64,000 bases of DNA from Oligoflexales bacterium (GCA_965215515.1 OZ244057.1:256001-320000); one strand, 5' to 3'. Numbered from the stretch's first letter, positions 41,114-51,197 are shown. Translations and numbers: made by a program. Notes: generated by a model from the letters alone, not told the origin.

Positions 41114-42970
41114 TTGTTGTTTGCGCAAATAATAAAGAGCAGGACGGCCTTCTGCCTGCTCATTGTCACTCTGTTTACCACCTTTCTCTTCGCCCGCAGT
41201 GTGGTGGTGAGGGAGCGGTGGATTGTGCCGACGTTTTTGACTGGGATTTTCCCTATTCAGAGTTCGTATTATGTGCTTGGTGGTGATAATGTTTCTCAAA
41301 TATTGTTTTATGCCAATAACTGGCTGCGAGAGGGGGCGTTTAATCTTCGTTTTCTTGCCTACAGGAGTCCTCAATCGGTAGAAACACCGACTCTTGACAA
41401 AAGGAGGTTCTATGGCTCTCACCCTCCTGGTGCATATATACCAATTTATTGGTTGCTAAAAGCACTTGATGTAACTGGAATTATTCCAAATATTTACCAC
41501 AAGCGAGGCACTCAGTTGTTGTTGTTAATCTACTACAACTTCATGTTACATTTCATGTTAGTATTGCTGCTGGGGGTGGTAGTATTCTTCGTCTGTCGTA
41601 AGATTGGCTTTGACAATTTAAATAGCACACTTCTTGCTCTAGTTCCTTCTATCGTACAATTTCACAACCCTGCTAGTCTTTACTACCACCACTTTGAATT
41701 TGACCAGACGATAGCGGTCATGCTACCCTTTGTGACCTGTGTTTTCTTAGAATTTTTTCGGATCAGCTACGCGTCGTCTCGTATTAGACATATTGTAAAG
41801 GTTCTTCAACCACTAGTCATATTCTATGGGTTGTTAACAAGTTGGTTTTTAATTTTTGTTGTGTTAACTTTGTATGCTATACGTGTCATCAGAAGAGAAA
41901 TTAATCTACCGCTTTCTTTTCCACGATCGATACTCTGGCTAAAGCAAAGCTTTTTATTTTTTGCTCCATCTTTGGCAGCTATTGCTTGTTTTGCGTTCAC
42001 AATAATTTACTATCTGCGTAGCATTGCTAAAACTAATTTATCTAATGCCTCTATTTCATCACGTGGATTTACTTTAATAGAAAATATATTGTATCGCATA
42101 GGTCTTGGCGATGGCTTAGACCGTACCTTACTCTATTGGAAGATGTCCTTTGTCATCTTCCCATATGTTAGCTACGGCTTAGCTGGACTGGTAATGATCT
42201 ACAGCATCTTCTATTTTGCAATTCGTGTTCGCAGCTTTGTGCCAAATGAGGTGAGAAGGAACAATCCTGCGATAATTTTGTGTTTGATGCTTTTTATCCC
42301 CTGTCTCATAAAATTTCTAGTTTTTGCGCAAGAAAATGCCGATCATCCCTACATGTCTATTTTGCTTAGCCCCATCCTGTCGGTAGGGTTTGCTTTTGCC
42401 CCAATTTTTGTTTTACAAATGCTGAAGAAAAATCACCTTACTTCCGTTCTTAAGCTCAAAGGGAACTGTAGTGTAACAGCAGCAGCACTACTTGCACTTG
42501 TTGCTGGGACTCTGTATGGATACGATCACATTTACGACAGACGATCGGTCACTAAGTTTTTCTCCGCACCAGCTTATCATCACGTAGCTATGGGTAATTT
42601 TATTAAAAGGAATACTGCGTATGAGGATGTTGTTTTCTCTAATAGCTACTATTTGAAATCAGGATGGGATATTAGTGAAACTTATTTCACAGATAAATCT
42701 ATCTATTTTGCCAGCAACATTAGTCATGTATACTATAAAACTAAATCGATTGAACAAGATTTTAGTATAAAAGTTTTCTTCAGTACTGCTAAACGCAGTG
42801 AGGCAGAGAGCTTATCTACTTTTCTCCGCGAGCAGGGCATCACTGTCAGCAGCACTGAAGAAGATAGAGTTGGCAACCTACTGGCCTTTGATGGCAAGGA
42901 ATTTATTTCCTGGTACGAACAAGTACATGAGTGTGATGTGTATCCGCGGCGATGTAATGCAGGAGAATGA
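41114..42970 (+). CDS. GT-C-like membrane protein, paralog 3
   Basis: Same motifs (NNWLREG, LDKRRFYGSHPP, QFHNPASLYYHH); divergent orientation from paralogs 1 and 2. Confidence 0.55.
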   Translation: MLFAQIIKSRTAFCLLIVTLFTTFLFARSVVVRERWIVPTFLTGIFPIQSSYYVLGGDNVSQILFYANNWLREGAFNLRFLAYRSPQSVETPTLDKRRFYGSHPPGAYIPIYWLLKALDVTGIIPNIYHKRGTQLLLLIYYNFMLHFMLVLLLGVVVFFVCRKIGFDNLNSTLLALVPSIVQFHNPASLYYHHFEFDQTIAVMLPFVTCVFLEFFRISYASSRIRHIVKVLQPLVIFYGLLTSWFLIFVVLTLYAIRVIRREINLPLSFPRSILWLKQSFLFFAPSLAAIACFAFTIIYYLRSIAKTNLSNASISSRGFTLIENILYRIGLGDGLDRTLLYWKMSFVIFPYVSYGLAGLVMIYSIFYFAIRVRSFVPNEVRRNNPAIILCLMLFIPCLIKFLVFAQENADHPYMSILLSPILSVGFAFAPIFVLQMLKKNHLTSVLKLKGNCSVTAAALLALVAGTLYGYDHIYDRRSVTKFFSAPAYHHVAMGNFIKRNTAYEDVVFSNSYYLKSGWDISETYFTDKSIYFASNISHVYYKTKSIEQDFSIKVFFSTAKRSEAESLSTFLREQGITVSSTEEDRVGNLLAFDGKEFISWYEQVHECDVYPRRCNAGE

Positions 42971-44743
42971 TTGGGCGTTATATATTTGTTTGTATTTACT
43001 TTGATCCTCGTGCAAGCGCAGCAGGCGTACGCCTACTTTGATCCTGGCACTGGCAGCCTGTTGGTGCAAGTATTGATTGCGGTATTTGGCGGTTTGTTAG
43101 TTTTTTTCGCAAAAATACACTCTAAAACTAAACAATTGCTTTCTAAACTGGGATTTCGTGCAAAAATGATAAGCGGTAAGACATGGTGGCCCCATTTAAA
43201 ACACTACGTTCTCGCAGCTGCCATCGGCGTGTATGCAGCCATCTTTTACAGCAAAGGCCATGATGAGCTGCTCACAGTTATATTAAATATTTTCATATTC
43301 CTATCCGTAAGTGTTTTTCTAACATGGGTATGTGCATTCATTATAAGAAAAAAAGTGAATCGAGAAAAATTTTTGCATGGCTTACTATTTGTGATGCTTA
43401 TTTACTATATGCGTCTCCCTGTAACAGAAGGTTTGCAAATCTTGTATATCGACACCTTTGACTCCCACCCTTCCTCAGCGATGATGTATATTTCTTGCTT
43501 ACTCATCATGTTCCCTTTATTTGGCTTAGGATGGCTACTTTCTGGTAATACGTACAAGGTGGTGGTTGTCATCGTGGTGATGACACTTGTGTCCTCAGTT
43601 AAAGTTATTACCACCGCCGTGGAAAGATGGAAGGGCGCTAGGATCGCAAACACTATGCTAGATGGTGTAGATGGCAAGGATATTTTTTTCGGCACAAAGA
43701 AGCCAAATGTATATTTTCTTTTATTTGATTCCTACACCAACATCGAAGGCTTATCAGTTTTGGGGCTGACACCTGACCCTACACTCACTGACTACTTAAA
43801 TAAAAATAAATTTGTAACTTACCCTGAATTTTATACCAACATGCAGCCTACAATTAATGCCATGCCAAGTTACTTTATTAGTGATATTAATTATCACTAC
43901 AATAACATTTATAATGTATCGTTCCTAACGAAGCAAAAAATAACTTGCGGGGGGGGGCGTGTTTTCACACATTTTAGGAAAAATAATTATATAACAAAAA
44001 TAATAATGGAAGATAATAAATATTTTTCTCTGACAGGCCACCTGTGCAGTCAGCAGTGCTCTGCAGAACGTTGCTTACTATATCAAAATAACAATATATT
44101 TCTAATACATTTGCAATTATTTGATCGTATTGTCCTGGGGGGAAGTGGTCTTGCCTATACAGGCTATAGCTCCAGCTTTAGCTATAGTCGCTCAACTTTG
44201 AGTAGTTTAGCGAGGGAGATTGGCAATAAACGACAGCAATTCGTTTACGCACATTTCGCAATCCCTGGTCATGCAGAAATGACATTTACTGATGAAAAAG
44301 GAGTATGCAATGAAGAGGTGAAGATACAAAATTATAAATACAATATCATGTCAGCCAATCGTATCATCACTAAACTAGTCGATATGATAATAGATTCTGA
44401 CCCCAGTGCTCTGATTATCCTAGCATCTGATAACGGCCCGTTTATTTTCAATCGGTGTGCCTCCCTCTCTCCCCTATTGACAAGAGAAGAGGTGGTCGAA
44501 AGGCAAGGTGCATTCCTAGCGATTCGTTGGGGCAAAGATTACGATGGCAGGTATGATAATGATATTAAAAGTTCTGCCAATCTGTTCCGCTATGTTTTTT
44601 CTTATTTGCTTGGGCACGAAAAATTGCTGAAAGACAAACCTGCTGATGATGCATTTTATTTGCACAAGGGCAAAGTTGTCAAGAGTATCAGTGATGGAAT
44701 TATTTTGCCACCGCCTGTGGCTGAGTTGAGAAGAACTAACTGA
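42971..44743 (+). CDS. Membrane-anchored sulfatase-like/alkaline-phosphatase-superfamily transferase
   Basis: N-terminal AYFDPGTGS motif, TM bundle, KPNVYFLLFDSY, FVYAHF..PGH, IILASDNG. Confidence 0.7.
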   Translation: MGVIYLFVFTLILVQAQQAYAYFDPGTGSLLVQVLIAVFGGLLVFFAKIHSKTKQLLSKLGFRAKMISGKTWWPHLKHYVLAAAIGVYAAIFYSKGHDELLTVILNIFIFLSVSVFLTWVCAFIIRKKVNREKFLHGLLFVMLIYYMRLPVTEGLQILYIDTFDSHPSSAMMYISCLLIMFPLFGLGWLLSGNTYKVVVVIVVMTLVSSVKVITTAVERWKGARIANTMLDGVDGKDIFFGTKKPNVYFLLFDSYTNIEGLSVLGLTPDPTLTDYLNKNKFVTYPEFYTNMQPTINAMPSYFISDINYHYNNIYNVSFLTKQKITCGGGRVFTHFRKNNYITKIIMEDNKYFSLTGHLCSQQCSAERCLLYQNNNIFLIHLQLFDRIVLGGSGLAYTGYSSSFSYSRSTLSSLAREIGNKRQQFVYAHFAIPGHAEMTFTDEKGVCNEEVKIQNYKYNIMSANRIITKLVDMIIDSDPSALIILASDNGPFIFNRCASLSPLLTREEVVERQGAFLAIRWGKDYDGRYDNDIKSSANLFRYVFSYLLGHEKLLKDKPADDAFYLHKGKVVKSISDGIILPPPVAELRRTN

Positions 44744-44780
44744 TATGACTGCGGTAACTCCAGAAACTATAGTTACAGAC

Positions 44781-44811
44781 AGGGTGTCCGCTTTTTACGG
44801 GGGCATCTACA
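44781..44811 (-). mobile_element. Solo IS3-family-like terminal inverted repeat (right)
   Basis: AGGGTGTCCGCTTTTTACGGGGGCATCTACA; inverted partner of 21014-21044. Confidence 0.7.
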
Positions 44812-45127
44812 CTGTGCGGCTGCTAGTATGGCTCGCTGTGCAGGTAGATTTGATAAGTTTTGGCAATACCAAGACATCGCCTTCGCCAAGCAAAAAGAAA
44901 TAAATAACACAGCAATTACCGTGTGGGCTATAGAGGCAGGACTCATCCATGAACAGATCGAATCCTGTGCAAATTCTGAGGCAATTAAGACAAAGATAAA
45001 AGACGACATCGCACAGGCAGATGAGCTTGGCTTACGCTCCGTTCCGACTCTGTTTATTAACGGCAGACAGTATCTGGGTGAGCAGAAAATAGAGGCAGTG
45101 AGATCCGCTATCACCGTTTTGCTCTGA
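44812..45127 (+). pseudogene. DsbA/thioredoxin-fold C-terminal fragment
   Basis: ARCAG..KFWQY..DIAQADELGLRSVPTLFING; CxxC missing; begins at the IS-like end. Confidence 0.75.
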
Positions 45128-45138
45128 CTTGTTTGTTC

Positions 45139-45933
45139 CTACCAGTGTTGGGCGATAAACTCCTGCGGCAGGCGCAGTTGGTGGGCGGCTTGCAAGCTGA
45201 TGCCGATCAGGCGGGTACTGATGAAATGCTTGACCCATTGAGGGCCGCGTAGCAACAGTGCGCGCCAATCGCCATCGGCGATGACTTGCCCTTCGTTGAC
45301 GACGATAATGCGGTGAGCGAAGCGAAGGGCGGTTTCGACGTTGCTAGTGGCGATGAGCAAAACACTGTCGGGGTCGGCACATAGATCGTGAATCATGTTG
45401 ATGATGATCGTCGAGGTGACGGGGTCGAGTCCCGCAGTAGGGTCGTCGAAGATGGCGACGACTGGTTCGGTGCTTAAGGCGCGTGCGATGCCGACACGTC
45501 GTTGCATTCCACCCGACAGTTCATGAGGAAACATGGCGCTCGCCTTGGGTAGTTTGATTTTGTCGAGCAAGGAGGAGATCTTTGTTTCCATGCGTTCCCG
45601 CGAAAAGTCAGTCATGCGGTGCATGGCAAACAGTAGGTTCTGCCGCACCGTCATGAAATCAAACAACCCGCCCTGTTGGAAGGCGATACCAACTTTTTTC
45701 AAGACCTCCATCCATTGCACATCATCGGTGTCCCTGACAGGTACTTGCATGACCTCAACCACCCCCGCGTCAGGAGGTAACAGACCGAGAATTATTTTCA
45801 GGATTACCGTCTTGCCGCAACCACCTGCTCCGATCAAGCTGACTCGCTCACCCGCACCTACCTCAAAACTGATACCTTTCAGTACCTGTTCGTGGCGAAA
45901 AGATTTCTCGACATCAGCAAGATGAATCATCAC
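45139..45933 (-). CDS. ABC transporter ATP-binding protein (MlaF/Mkl-like)
   Basis: GAGGCGKT Walker A, FQQGGLFD, LSGGMQRRVGIARAL, DDPTAGLDP. Confidence 0.88.
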   Translation of the reverse strand: MMIHLADVEKSFRHEQVLKGISFEVGAGERVSLIGAGGCGKTVILKIILGLLPPDAGVVEVMQVPVRDTDDVQWMEVLKKVGIAFQQGGLFDFMTVRQNLLFAMHRMTDFSRERMETKISSLLDKIKLPKASAMFPHELSGGMQRRVGIARALSTEPVVAIFDDPTAGLDPVTSTIIINMIHDLCADPDSVLLIATSNVETALRFAHRIIVVNEGQVIADGDWRALLLRGPQWVKHFISTRLIGISLQAAHQLRLPQEFIAQHW

Positions 45934-45998
45934 GTACTTGCGCTAGTTGCCCCTTATTTGCATGTTACCCGCATCGTCGGTTTTTGGCAAAGAACAAC

Positions 45999-46031
45999 CC
46001 TGAGTTCCGTGGGTAAATTTCCCGACATACT
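45999..46031 (+). repeat. Dispersed IS-end-like repeat CCTGAGTTCCGTGGGTAAAT
   Basis: Related copies at 47582-47601(-), 48528-48560(+), 48762-48778(-), 49788-49798(-), 57221-57240(+). Confidence 0.7.
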
Positions 46032-46099
46032 GGCCTCATCGGTCTTTGGAGTTCTGTCATTTTTTGTGTATTGTGGCCGCGGCTGCGAGGAGTTGCGTT

Positions 46100-46840
46100 T
46101 TGGATATTTCTTTGCTCGCGTTATCATCTCTCATCACCTCGGTGGTAGCTGGGTTCACGGGTATGGCGGGGGGCGTAATGATGATTGCCCTGATGATGAT
46201 GATTTTGCCTCCCACCCTGGTCGTGCCTTTGCATGGTATCGTGCAGCTGTTTTCCAATGCTTTCCGTGTCTTTGTGCTGCGCCGCAGCGTGCATCGGCGC
46301 ACGATGAAGTTTTTTCTCAGCGGTGCGGTACTCGGTGGTTGTCTCGGTTATTTTTTGATCAGGGAAGTTACCCACTCGGAGTGGTTTCTCGCCGTGGTCT
46401 GTGCTCTGCTATTCTATACCGTTTTCAAGCCCAAACGCATGCCAGACATCAAGCTCAATGCCGTGGGATTCTTTTTGCTCGGCACGTTCACCGCTGCCAT
46501 CGGCCCGCTGGTGGGCACGGTAGGACCTTTCCTCGCCCCGTTTTTTGTGCGAGACGACTTTCCCCAAGAAACTATCGTCGCGTCCAAAGGTGCGGCACAG
46601 GCGACGGTGCATATTATCAAGATTCCTATTTTCCTCTCGCTGCAGTTTGCCTACCAAGACCACCTGCCCCACATGTTGAGCATGATCGCCACGGCCTATA
46701 TCGGCACTTGGCTGGGAGTACGCTTGCTGCAGCGTGCCGACCGACAGCTATTCCTGCGTGTCATCAAAATCACGCTGTTTTTGATTGCCCTACGTTTACT
46801 CCATCGCTTGCTCGAACCGTTGTTCATCACCGCGGCATAG
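46100..46840 (+). CDS. TauE/SafE family sulfite exporter-like membrane protein
   Basis: AGFTGMAGG, VPLHGIVQL.SN, GTVGPFLAPFF; GAGGAG RBS before TTG 46100. Confidence 0.85.
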   Translation: MDISLLALSSLITSVVAGFTGMAGGVMMIALMMMILPPTLVVPLHGIVQLFSNAFRVFVLRRSVHRRTMKFFLSGAVLGGCLGYFLIREVTHSEWFLAVVCALLFYTVFKPKRMPDIKLNAVGFFLLGTFTAAIGPLVGTVGPFLAPFFVRDDFPQETIVASKGAAQATVHIIKIPIFLSLQFAYQDHLPHMLSMIATAYIGTWLGVRLLQRADRQLFLRVIKITLFLIALRLLHRLLEPLFITAA

Positions 46841-46853
46841 TCCTCTGGCAGAG

Positions 46854-47507
46854 CTACTGTGCCAACATGCGCTGTGCTGCGGGGGTGACCTTCAGCGTGA
46901 GTTCTTGGGCGATGACGTGCAGGATTTTCTCCACTTTACGCACTTCGGTGGCAACCTTGAAGTCGGTGTCGGTGCTGAAGATGTCTTCCCAGTAACGCGC
47001 CGTCGCACGCTTCTCCCCGCCTGCTGTGTACTGATCGAATAGGAGCACGAAGGCCAACGTGCCAAGCGCGACCACCCCGAACGACTTGGCAACGGTGCGC
47101 GGCTGCAGCCATTTGCGCATTTTCCCTCGGCTCGCTTTATCCCAGCTGAGCGAGTGTCGCCACGTGGCTAGCCAGGCCAGTGCGCCTGTGACTACGGGCG
47201 TGGCCACGACCATCACCCTCTCTCGCTGTCCCGTGTGTGTCGCTATCTGCGGTTGTTGGGTGAAGACAACCCGTTTGCCCGTGCGGCTGCTGAGTGCCTG
47301 TACACAGTTTTCCGCCAGATAGTGTGCGTCATACTCATCACTTACCACACACAGCAGCAACTCATGTGTCTCCTCTTCATCGCCGACATCTGCACGTTGC
47401 AGACCGAGAACGACATGCTGATCGCGCACAGCATGCGTCCGTGTGGACGGTTCGTGCCCACAGGCAACCACCGAGACCGTCGCCAACACAAGTTTCATCA
47501 ACATCAT
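46854..47507 (-). CDS. Hypothetical lipoprotein with two internal TM segments
   Basis: VVACG lipobox; GAGGAG RBS. Confidence 0.6.
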   Translation of the reverse strand: MMLMKLVLATVSVVACGHEPSTRTHAVRDQHVVLGLQRADVGDEEETHELLLCVVSDEYDAHYLAENCVQALSSRTGKRVVFTQQPQIATHTGQRERVMVVATPVVTGALAWLATWRHSLSWDKASRGKMRKWLQPRTVAKSFGVVALGTLAFVLLFDQYTAGGEKRATARYWEDIFSTDTDFKVATEVRKVEKILHVIAQELTLKVTPAAQRMLAQ

Positions 47508-47647
47508 TATCTCCTCATGCCCAAAATCAGGGGGTGACTATATCAAGGCAGATTAAATTTGTAAAATACTCAACAATGCCGATTTACCCGCAGAATTCAG
47601 GGGGGAGTGTGCGAGAGAAGGAACGCCTCTCGGACAAGCTGGTTATC

Positions 47648-48343
47648 CTAGGGTGCGATACCTGTGACGGTAAGGTTTGCGGTGCGAATTTGAGCGCAAC
47701 CTTGCTGCGGACACCAGCTTACCCGCACCTTGACCGTGTTGTTCGCCGCGGGGAGCACGTAGCTGAAATAGCGGGTCGCTGCACGTACAGCACTGAGCGT
47801 GCAGAACGCCCCCGCACACTGCACTTTGCCATAATCATCACCAAAATCCGCACGCAGATGCTTGCTTTGAGCACGTTTGCGCATCGTACCAGCCAGCAAC
47901 TCCAGCGACGGCGTACCCCACAAAGAATCAACTCTCAACAATAACCGTCGGCAACTACCCTCTATTTGTGCTAGGCTCACCGCGCTGTCCAGCTCCTTGC
48001 GCAAAAAACGATCGCCAGAAAACTGCAACTTGAAATTCTGGCGTGCTTGCATGAATTCCACCGTAATCAACTCACCGTTATCACCCCCTAGCAGGTGGGT
48101 AATATGCCTGCCGAAACTTTCGTTCCTATCCACCACCTGGGCAATTTCTGCCGCACTGCGCCCCTGAGCAGCCAAGTAACGACGGCAGTTGGAATGACCG
48201 ATATACACCACCGCAATTCCCGCCGCACGCCCCACATTCTTTCTCATGTGCAAGCGCGATTCCTCCAGCTGCTTGCACGACGGACAAACTGCTGTTAATA
48301 AGGTGAGTAAGGGCAAAGACAAAAATTTTTGGACAACATTCAT
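47648..48343 (-). CDS. Hypothetical exported Cys-containing protein
   Basis: 231-aa ORF with a hydrophobic N-terminus and Cys. Confidence 0.55.
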   Translation of the reverse strand: MNVVQKFLSLPLLTLLTAVCPSCKQLEESRLHMRKNVGRAAGIAVVYIGHSNCRRYLAAQGRSAAEIAQVVDRNESFGRHITHLLGGDNGELITVEFMQARQNFKLQFSGDRFLRKELDSAVSLAQIEGSCRRLLLRVDSLWGTPSLELLAGTMRKRAQSKHLRADFGDDYGKVQCAGAFCTLSAVRAATRYFSYVLPAANNTVKVRVSWCPQQGCAQIRTANLTVTGIAP

Positions 48344-48471
48344 TGACGGTATTCCACGCTAATACTGCACTTATCGACAAATTATGCTTAAAAATTAGTT
48401 ATTTTGTACTGGTAATAGCTCTGAAGCACAGTATCGCGCGGAGCAGGAGAAGCTTAACATGGAGTGCGGCG

Positions 48472-48527
48472 GTGAAAAATGGTACAGCGTACAAGGTCAG
48501 GAATTGGAGCAAGTATAACAAGGCACT
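48472..48527 (+). mobile_element. IS5/IS903-group transposase N-terminal remnant
   Basis: YKVRNWSKYNKAL motif, cut at the repeat starting 48528. Confidence 0.65.
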
Positions 48528-48778
48528 CCTGAGTTCCGCAGGTAAATTTCCCAACATACTGTAATTACTGAGATATGCTTCCTGTGTAGGGCACTACATT
48601 ATGCGCAAGTTTTGCGCCGTAGTTTAGAGCTTAAAAGGTGCAGAGGAACATTTCAGTCCGACGATGCGGCGGAAAAAAGTCAGTCAGGCACTACAAAAGG
48701 GGAAACAAAAAACACCGCAAGACCAGGCTTTCTGTTGCGCAAAAAATTAAATCAAGAACCCTACCCACGGAACTCTGG
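48528..48778. mobile_element. MITE-like element with imperfect terminal inverted repeats
   Basis: CCTGAGTTCCGCAGGTA ... TACCCACGGAACTCTGG; no transposase; no target duplication seen. Confidence 0.55.
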
Positions 48779-48824
48779 AGTTGGTGTGTACAGCCGTACC
48801 CACCAACTCCAGGATGGAGCTCAC

Positions 48825-49631
48825 TTAAATTATTTCAATTATGTAACTGGGAATATCATTGTATTCATCTGTCACGGAGAGGATACGTCTTGATTCTGTA
48901 TATTTAACCATGTCTTCAAATTCAGGCAAAGACTTTAATATAGTTTTAAGATTATCATCAAAATGAAGATAATCATGGTTTTTCATAAAAAAAATGATGT
49001 CTTCATATCTAAATCTTTTGATATGTAATAATTCAGATATCTCTCCATATATTTTACTTGATTCATACGCTTCAGGATCAGCAATAACATCGTTGATACG
49101 GTTAATATCTGCAACTGCTCCTTCCTCTACCAACTTAACCGTTTTAACATCCCCACTAAGATATGCCGCCAACTGAACGTGTTTGAAATCTCCTCGATCA
49201 TCTAGACCCTCAATTAGGAGCTCCCTAAGTGCACGAGTATCGCCACCCATTGCTGCGTGTACTGCTTTAATAGTCTGGCTAGGACACGAGGCAAGATCAT
49301 CAAGACAATTTTTCACGCTAGCTTCGCTAACCCCTACAGAAACAAACTCGTCATATCCCCGAGGTAATCTTTCGCCTGAAAGCCTGGCAACATCCGCAAG
49401 AGCCTCCCGAGGCCCTTCAACAAAGAGAACAGGAGGTTCCCCGTGTGGCAGTTCTCTGACTGGCCGGCCTAAGGGAGCGAAGAGACTCCACATCCGCCCA
49501 AAAGCGACATTGCGCGTCGCAGCAGTGACATTGTGCAGCTGTTCAACCGCTTCTTTCACGACACGCGGCGACACACTGAACACATTACTGGACATCCCTA
49601 GACACATGATTAAAAACAGCAACTTCTTCAT
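48825..49631 (-). CDS. Hypothetical secreted protein
   Basis: AGGAG RBS, signal peptide MKKLLFLIMCLGMSSNVFS; AT-richer than backbone. Confidence 0.7.
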   Translation of the reverse strand: MKKLLFLIMCLGMSSNVFSVSPRVVKEAVEQLHNVTAATRNVAFGRMWSLFAPLGRPVRELPHGEPPVLFVEGPREALADVARLSGERLPRGYDEFVSVGVSEASVKNCLDDLASCPSQTIKAVHAAMGGDTRALRELLIEGLDDRGDFKHVQLAAYLSGDVKTVKLVEEGAVADINRINDVIADPEAYESSKIYGEISELLHIKRFRYEDIIFFMKNHDYLHFDDNLKTILKSLPEFEDMVKYTESRRILSVTDEYNDIPSYIIEII

Positions 49632-49798
49632 TGTAGTTCTCCTAAAATGATTAAACAAAAACAATACAAGGAGGAGTTGTAAAAAAAAAACGTTTTTTGT
49701 CAAGAAAAAGTTGAAAAATTATTCTTTACACAAAAAACCAGCAACCACCACACGCAACCGAAATCATCGACTTTGGCAACAATGCCTCGGAACTCAGG

Positions 49799-50126
49799 AA
49801 AACCGCTGCCAGTGGGGGCATCTACAGCAGTGTCAGGTGGTACGGTGCAGCAGGTCGAGGAAACAGCTGAGATTGCTATCGAGCACAATCTTGGTTTAAC
49901 TTGTGACCCGATCGGTGGATTGGTGCAAATTCCCTGTATCGAACGCAATGCGATGGGGGCGGTCAAGGCCATCAATGCCAGTCGTCTCGCGCGGCAAGGC
50001 AGTGGTAAGCACAGGGTTTCACTCGACGATGCGATTAAAACGATGAAACAGACAGGTCTCGACATGCGCAGCAAAGACAAGGAAACCTCCCGCGGCGGTC
50101 TGGCTGTTAACGTTACGGAATGCTGA
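49799..50126 (+). pseudogene. sdaA: L-serine dehydratase C-terminal fragment
   Basis: [40 protein letters not shown]; most of the gene missing; starts after an IS-end-like repeat. Confidence 0.88.
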
Positions 50127-50129
50127 GCT

Positions 50130-51194
50130 ATGTCGCTATCCTCTCAGCATCCACTCCGTATCGGTATCTGTCGGCTGAGCAGTCTCGGTGATGTGGCTCT
50201 GAGTACTGCCTGTCTCGATTTGCTGGCACAGGTTGATCGTCCGCTGCAAGTTTACTGGGTGGGCATGCTACCCCACAGCACTTTGCTGAACTACAGCCCG
50301 ATCAAACTCACTCTCATCACCATCGATCCGCAGCACAAATGGCGCAGTATGTTGCAAGCCGTGCCCGCCTTGCAACATTTACAACTGTTCGTCGATTTGC
50401 AGAAAAATCTGCGCTCGCAAGTACTTGCGACCTTCTTAGCTTGGCGTTGGAATATCCCCTGCTGTAGTTACGATAAGGAACGTCTGCGACGTTGGTTATC
50501 GATCGGGGCGGCGCGTTGGCGAGGACGGCGGCGAGCCGCGCCGCGCGATATTTTTTATCCGCGTCGTCAGCAGTTTGTCCGCATGTACACCTGCTTGGCG
50601 GAGGCTTTGCAAGTTACGAGAGACACGGTGCGACCACGCCTCGTGGTCGCTGCGTCCGCCCCGCGGCAAGGCCGCTTGGCGGTGGCCATCGGGGCGCGCT
50701 ATGCCACTAAACGTGCACCACCATCGTTGTTGACGGCGGTGCTGCAACAGGTGATTGCAGGATATGACAGACAGGCAATGCCGTTAACGATTGTTATGCT
50801 CGGTAATGCCCAGGAACGGGCGGAAGGTGAGCGCTTGGGTGCGGAGTTGCTTCTATCATCGGCGCGGGTAAAGAATCTGTGCGGGCAACTGCCGTTAAGC
50901 GCGGTGCCTATGCAGTTGGCGAGTGTGGCGGTGTTGCTAGGCAACGATTCTGGCTTGATGCACATCGCCGAAGCGGTTGCTACCCCCGTGGTGGCACTGT
51001 TCGGGCCGACGGTCGAGGCTTTTGGTTTCCGCCCCTGGCAACAGAACAGTCAGGTGTTTTCCAGCCGTCTCGGTTGTCGCCCCTGCTCACGACACGGGCA
51101 TGCTCCTTGCCGTTATGGTGACCAAAGATGTTTTACCAGCTTGGATAGCAAAGCGATTGCCGCGGCACTGCTGCGACACTTGTTAGATGTTTAA
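50130..51194 (+). CDS. Glycosyltransferase family 9 (LPS heptosyltransferase-like)
   Basis: RLSSLGDV, GNDSGLMHIAEA, VALFGPT, CRPCS. Confidence 0.9.
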   Translation: MSLSSQHPLRIGICRLSSLGDVALSTACLDLLAQVDRPLQVYWVGMLPHSTLLNYSPIKLTLITIDPQHKWRSMLQAVPALQHLQLFVDLQKNLRSQVLATFLAWRWNIPCCSYDKERLRRWLSIGAARWRGRRRAAPRDIFYPRRQQFVRMYTCLAEALQVTRDTVRPRLVVAASAPRQGRLAVAIGARYATKRAPPSLLTAVLQQVIAGYDRQAMPLTIVMLGNAQERAEGERLGAELLLSSARVKNLCGQLPLSAVPMQLASVAVLLGNDSGLMHIAEAVATPVVALFGPTVEAFGFRPWQQNSQVFSSRLGCRPCSRHGHAPCRYGDQRCFTSLDSKAIAAALLRHLLDV

Positions 51195-51197
51195 TTT

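Noticed and set aside
45892..46995. 367-aa plus-strand ORF
   Set aside because: Alternative frame overlapping the clear TauE gene; no motifs
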